64,000 nt of DNA, taken from the NCBI GenBank assembly GCA_965237675.1, contig OZ250150.1, positions 1,184,001 through 1,248,000 on the forward strand. Direction: 5' to 3'. A model generated the notes under the pieces. That model ran no database searches, had not been told where the DNA came from, and worked only from the letters and a program-made list of their open reading frames with translations. Below are positions 60,647 through 64,000 of the stretch, one piece after another. This DNA comes from Candidatus Latescibacterota bacterium. GTDB lineage: Bacteria; Latescibacterota; UBA2968; GCA-2709665. The position numbers and the translations under genes were made by a program. Numbering within the stretch: the first letter of the stretch is position 1; the number at the start of each line of letters is the position of its first letter.

Positions 60647-60804
60647 GAAGTCTTGAACTCGCAGGAGAGATATGGGATGAGGATTCTGCAACTGGAATGG
60701 GACCGGTGATGATTGCGTGTTGCGGTCCGCCTCGGGGTTTGAGCACATCGGCGGGGTGGCGGCAGCGCGGAATCCACCGTTTTCGACGCTTCACACACGT
60801 GCAT

Positions 60805-60833
60805 AATGTATGCATTCGAAGCGGGAATGTCAA
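60805..60833 (-). promoter_or_regulatory. Sigma70 promoter upstream of the SDR gene
   Basis: TTGACA-17 nt-TACATT. Confidence 0.65.
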
Positions 60834-61114
60834 ATCACCGACCCTGCAGAACAAGGTTAGCGCGGAATGGGTTAGCGCAGTTGGCAGAAGCCGCGGGCAC
60901 GCATTCGCCTGGCGGCGCGGTTTCCGCGGTATTCACGGGTGTCGGGAGCGCTTTGCCATCGAATCGCGCGGATCCGCGACGTACGTTCGGATGCCGCTTG
61001 ATCCCGATCCGGATCCGGATGGAAGGATTGCATTTGGAAGTGACATTTGCACCGGGTTTTTATATATTTATCCCCTGACGTCGGAAGAATCCGGCGTAAT
61101 GGAGGGGACCACCG

Positions 61115-62341
61115 ATGGATATGATCACCATGGACGAAGCCATTCGCGTCGTCCTGCAACATACGTTCGCCATCGACGGAACCAATGTCAACCTGATGGA
61201 CGCCCTGGGGTGCACGCTCAGGGAGGATGTGCGATCGGACATCGACATGCCGCCGTTCGACAAAGCGACCATGGACGGGTACGCGGTGGTAGGGCAAGAC
61301 GTCGCGGACGCACGCCAGGAAAATCCCGCCGTTCTCGACGTGATCGAAGAGATTCCGGCCGGAACGGTTCCCCGGAAGGTGGTTTCAAGCGGTCAGGCCG
61401 CAAGAATCATGACGGGCGCGCCGATGCCCGATGGCGCGGACACGGTTGTGATGGTGGAAGACACCGTTGCCGAACGGGATGGCCTGGGCGTGCGGGTGCT
61501 GGCCGTGACGGAGGAGGGACGCAATGTTGTCCCTCTCGGCGAAGATGTGAGATGCAATCAGATCGTGCTCGAGGCCGGAACGCTCATTCGCCCGCCGGAA
61601 ATCGGAATTCTGGCGACGGTGGGTGTGGTCAGCGTACCCGTCTATCGCAGGCCGATCGTCGGTGTGGTCGCGACCGGCAGCGAAATCGTGGAACCGGGAA
61701 ACAACCCGGCGGCCGGGCAGATCCGGAACAGCAACGGGTATTCGATGATGGCGCAGGCGCTGCGGTCCGGCGCACAGACGCGGTATCTGGGCATCGTGGA
61801 AGACGACGAAGCCGCACTGAATGCCGTGATTTCCCGCGGTCTCGACGAGTGCGACGTGGTTCTTCTTTCCGGAGGCGTATCGGCCGGCATTTATGACCTG
61901 GTTCAGGGCGCGATGCGGGATTGCGGGGTGGAGATCTTCTTCGATCGGATCCTGATGAAGCCGGGCAAACCGCTCACCTTCGGCGCACTGGGAAAGAAAC
62001 TCGTCTTCGGGTTACCGGGAAATCCGGTCTCGGCGGTGGTGGGTCTTGAACTGCTGGTCCGTCCGGCGGTTCGGAAGATGCAGCGGATGTCGGAGGTTCA
62101 TCGGCCGATGGTCCGGGGAAAATTGGCGCAGGGGTTCCGGCAGTCGCCGGGGCGCAAGCAGTTCGTGCCGGCCCGGTCCGAGGAAGTCAACGGATGCTGG
62201 GAAAGCCGCTGGGTGGGCCACCACGGATCGGCGGATCTCTTTTCTCTTTCACGAGCAAACAGCCTCTTCGTGGTCGAGGCCGAGGTGGAAGCGCTCGACG
62301 CGGGCGCGGAAGTGGACATCGTGTTGCTGGAAGACTGGTAG
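61115..62341 (+). CDS. moeA: Molybdopterin molybdotransferase
   Basis: MDGYAV, IMTGAP, TGSE, SGGVSAG, KPGKP and GLPGNPVS motifs. Confidence 0.95.
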   Translation: MDMITMDEAIRVVLQHTFAIDGTNVNLMDALGCTLREDVRSDIDMPPFDKATMDGYAVVGQDVADARQENPAVLDVIEEIPAGTVPRKVVSSGQAARIMTGAPMPDGADTVVMVEDTVAERDGLGVRVLAVTEEGRNVVPLGEDVRCNQIVLEAGTLIRPPEIGILATVGVVSVPVYRRPIVGVVATGSEIVEPGNNPAAGQIRNSNGYSMMAQALRSGAQTRYLGIVEDDEAALNAVISRGLDECDVVLLSGGVSAGIYDLVQGAMRDCGVEIFFDRILMKPGKPLTFGALGKKLVFGLPGNPVSAVVGLELLVRPAVRKMQRMSEVHRPMVRGKLAQGFRQSPGRKQFVPARSEEVNGCWESRWVGHHGSADLFSLSRANSLFVVEAEVEALDAGAEVDIVLLEDW

Positions 62342-62414
62342 CGCGAAACGGTCCTCCATTTGTCTGCGACATGGCCGGATAACCCGCACACCTGAAATGG
62401 TTCGGGCAATTTGT

Positions 62415-62885
62415 ATGTCAAATCTGACCCATATTGCCGAAGATGGATCCGTGCGGATGGTGGACGTCACGGAGAAAGCCGTGACCGACCGCGTGGCGGT
62501 TGCGGGCGGTGAGATTGTCATGGACCCGGAGACAGCCCGTCTGGTTTCCCGGGGCGCGTTGCCCAAGGGAAACGTGCTGGAAACCGCCCGGATTGCGGGG
62601 ATTATGGCGGCGAAACGCACGTGGGAATTGATCCCGCTCTGCCATCCCGTCGATCCCACGGGTATCGAACTCAGCTTTGAGGTGGGACAGGATCGTATCG
62701 AAGCGAAAGCCAGCGTGCGCGTGACGGGCAAGACCGGCGTGGAGATGGAGGCGTTGACGGCCGTGAGCACGGCGCTGCTGACCATCTACGATATGTGCAA
62801 AGCCGTTGACAAGGACATGGCGATACGGAATATTCGCCTCCTGCGGAAAACCGGCGGCCGCAGCGGGGATTATGTCCGAGCCTAG
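62415..62885 (+). CDS. moaC: Cyclic pyranopterin monophosphate synthase
   Basis: MVDV, LIPLCHP, TGVEMEALT and YDMCKA motifs. Confidence 0.96.
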   Translation: MSNLTHIAEDGSVRMVDVTEKAVTDRVAVAGGEIVMDPETARLVSRGALPKGNVLETARIAGIMAAKRTWELIPLCHPVDPTGIELSFEVGQDRIEAKASVRVTGKTGVEMEALTAVSTALLTIYDMCKAVDKDMAIRNIRLLRKTGGRSGDYVRA

Positions 62886-62996
62886 AAATTCATAGCACGC
62901 GTTGCTGTCGTTTTCAGTTTGATCTCGAAAAGATAACTTGCCTCGATTCGTCTAAGACACCGGGCCACCCACCATCGCGCACCGCCACCTCTCAAT

Positions 62997-63059
62997 CACT
63001 CCCCCTCGCCTTGTAGCGGCGTCCCTTGTGGGCGCCCGGCCTCTGGCGGCGGTGGGGGG
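62997..63059. repeat. Composite REP: cactccccct family with a GTAG-type palindrome inside
   Basis: cactccccct..[tgtagcggcgtcccttgtgggcgccc]..ggcggcggtgggggg. Confidence 0.55.
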
Positions 63060-63125
63060 CCTGCTTCGTCACGCGGCGAGGCACACTGACGCAGATCGTC
63101 CGATCGTTGCGCCAGGAAAGTCAAT

Positions 63126-63201
63126 GCGCCCATAGCTCAATAGGCAGAGCAGCTGACTCTTAATCAGAAGGTTCGGGGTTCGATTCCCTGTGGGCGCACC
63201 A
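63126..63201 (+). tRNA. tRNA-Lys(CTT)
   Basis: 76 nt; acceptor gcgccca/tgggcgc, D-arm gctc/gagc, anticodon loop ct-CTT-aa, TTCGA loop, encoded CCA. Confidence 0.96.
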
Positions 63202-63294
63202 GATTTTCCGCCGTCTGTTCCGACGGCTCGACGGCGAAGACAAGACCCCGATGGACCATCCCGCCGGGGTCTTGTCGTATCGGTCATCCGTTAC

Positions 63295-63323
63295 GTAGGG
63301 GCAGGTTTGAAACCTGCCCCTGC
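63295..63323. repeat. GTAG-type REP palindrome
   Basis: gtaggggcaggttt-g-aaacctgcccctgc. Confidence 0.75.
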
Positions 63324-63363
63324 ATTCAAGGGTGTTTTTGGAAACAGGTTACAGGAAACCGTC

Positions 63364-63792
63364 ATGCAGTTTCGCTATGCCGCCCGGCTTCAACCCGATC
63401 GCTCGGGCGAGATCACCGTCTCATTCCGGGACTTTCCGGAATGTCTCACCTCCGGTGCCGACGAGTCAGCGGCCCTCGTGGAGGCCCGCGACGCGCTCGA
63501 GGAAGCGGTTGCTGGTCGCATTGACGATAACGAGCCCATCCCGGCGCCCAGTCGCCGACGCGCAGGCGAGCAGTACATTGCCGTTCCACCCGATATGGCT
63601 GCGAAGGCCGCGTTCGCCCTCGCGTTCCGGGACAGCGGTCTGTCTCGCCTTGCCTTTGCTCGACGACTCGGCGTCGACGAGAAAGTGGTGCGTCGCATGC
63701 TTGACCCCCGACACCACACCGCCGCCAACCGCATTCACAAGGCCCTGCGGTCGCTCGGACGGGAACTGATCGTGGAGTTCCGCCCGGCGTAG
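63364..63792 (+). CDS. hicB: HicB family antitoxin with C-terminal HTH
   Basis: VSFRDFPECLTSG...EARDALE...IPAPS followed by HTH FARRLGVDEKVVRRMLDP. Confidence 0.85.
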   Translation: MQFRYAARLQPDRSGEITVSFRDFPECLTSGADESAALVEARDALEEAVAGRIDDNEPIPAPSRRRAGEQYIAVPPDMAAKAAFALAFRDSGLSRLAFARRLGVDEKVVRRMLDPRHHTAANRIHKALRSLGRELIVEFRPA

Positions 63793-63812
63793 AGTATGTG
63801 AGAGGAGAACCC

Positions 63813-63986
63813 GTGGCTGAGAACCGCGCGATTAAGCGTCAGAAGCAGCAGACGATCCAAGAGCGACTGGATGTTCTTCGACGGCGTGGGATCCTGGTGC
63901 GATCGGGAGCGTCAAAGCAAACGTTTCAGCCGGTGGCGCGTCGGCCGGGCGCCTTGGGGCGGTTCCTGGCTGAGCGTGGCGAGTAA
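63813..63986 (+). CDS. Small antitoxin-like protein or remnant
   Basis: GAGGAG RBS; ERLDVLRRRGIL...ALGRFLAER resembles tails of PIN-toxin antitoxins; the window ends just after. Confidence 0.45.
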   Translation: MAENRAIKRQKQQTIQERLDVLRRRGILVRSGASKQTFQPVARRPGALGRFLAERGE

Positions 63987-64000
63987 GCGCCTCTGATTCA

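Noticed and set aside
60840-61114. Moco/Wco riboswitch upstream of moeA
   Set aside because: No recognisable consensus elements by eye; a covariance-model search would be needed to exclude it fully

Overview
Mostly core chromosome of a GC-rich (~60%) bacterium. The gene content suggests the FCB superphylum, perhaps a Latescibacterota/Gemmatimonadota-like lineage (inferred from a PorV/PorQ-family gene, DUF5683- and DUF6785-like genes, and PhyH/Gfo/sulfatase paralogues). Housekeeping genes: proS, tgt-yajC-fmt, a complete but atypical cytochrome c maturation operon, dnaK, sucC, gpmI, acnA, mdh, rpmA-rplU, rne/rng, moeA-moaC and tRNA-Lys(CTT). Accessory content: a 14 kb orphan-rich catabolic block (7.6-22 kb) around a heparinase II/III-like lyase and a DUF6785-like membrane protein, a kdgK-eda-ROK block, two genes broken by internal deletions, a MITE-like family with 20-bp TIRs, several nested REP-like palindrome families, and lone toxin-antitoxin parts after tRNA-Lys. 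The best candidates for undescribed biology are (1) the ccm operon with Cys-type CcmE, Cys-rich CcmH, no ccmG and two accessory genes sharing a CcmI-like helical motif, (2) a possible SusCD-independent glycan-utilisation locus, and (3) a promoter-driven structured RNA upstream of tgt. No CRISPR array, rRNA, transposase or integrase was seen. All family calls come from reading motifs by eye, not from database searches.
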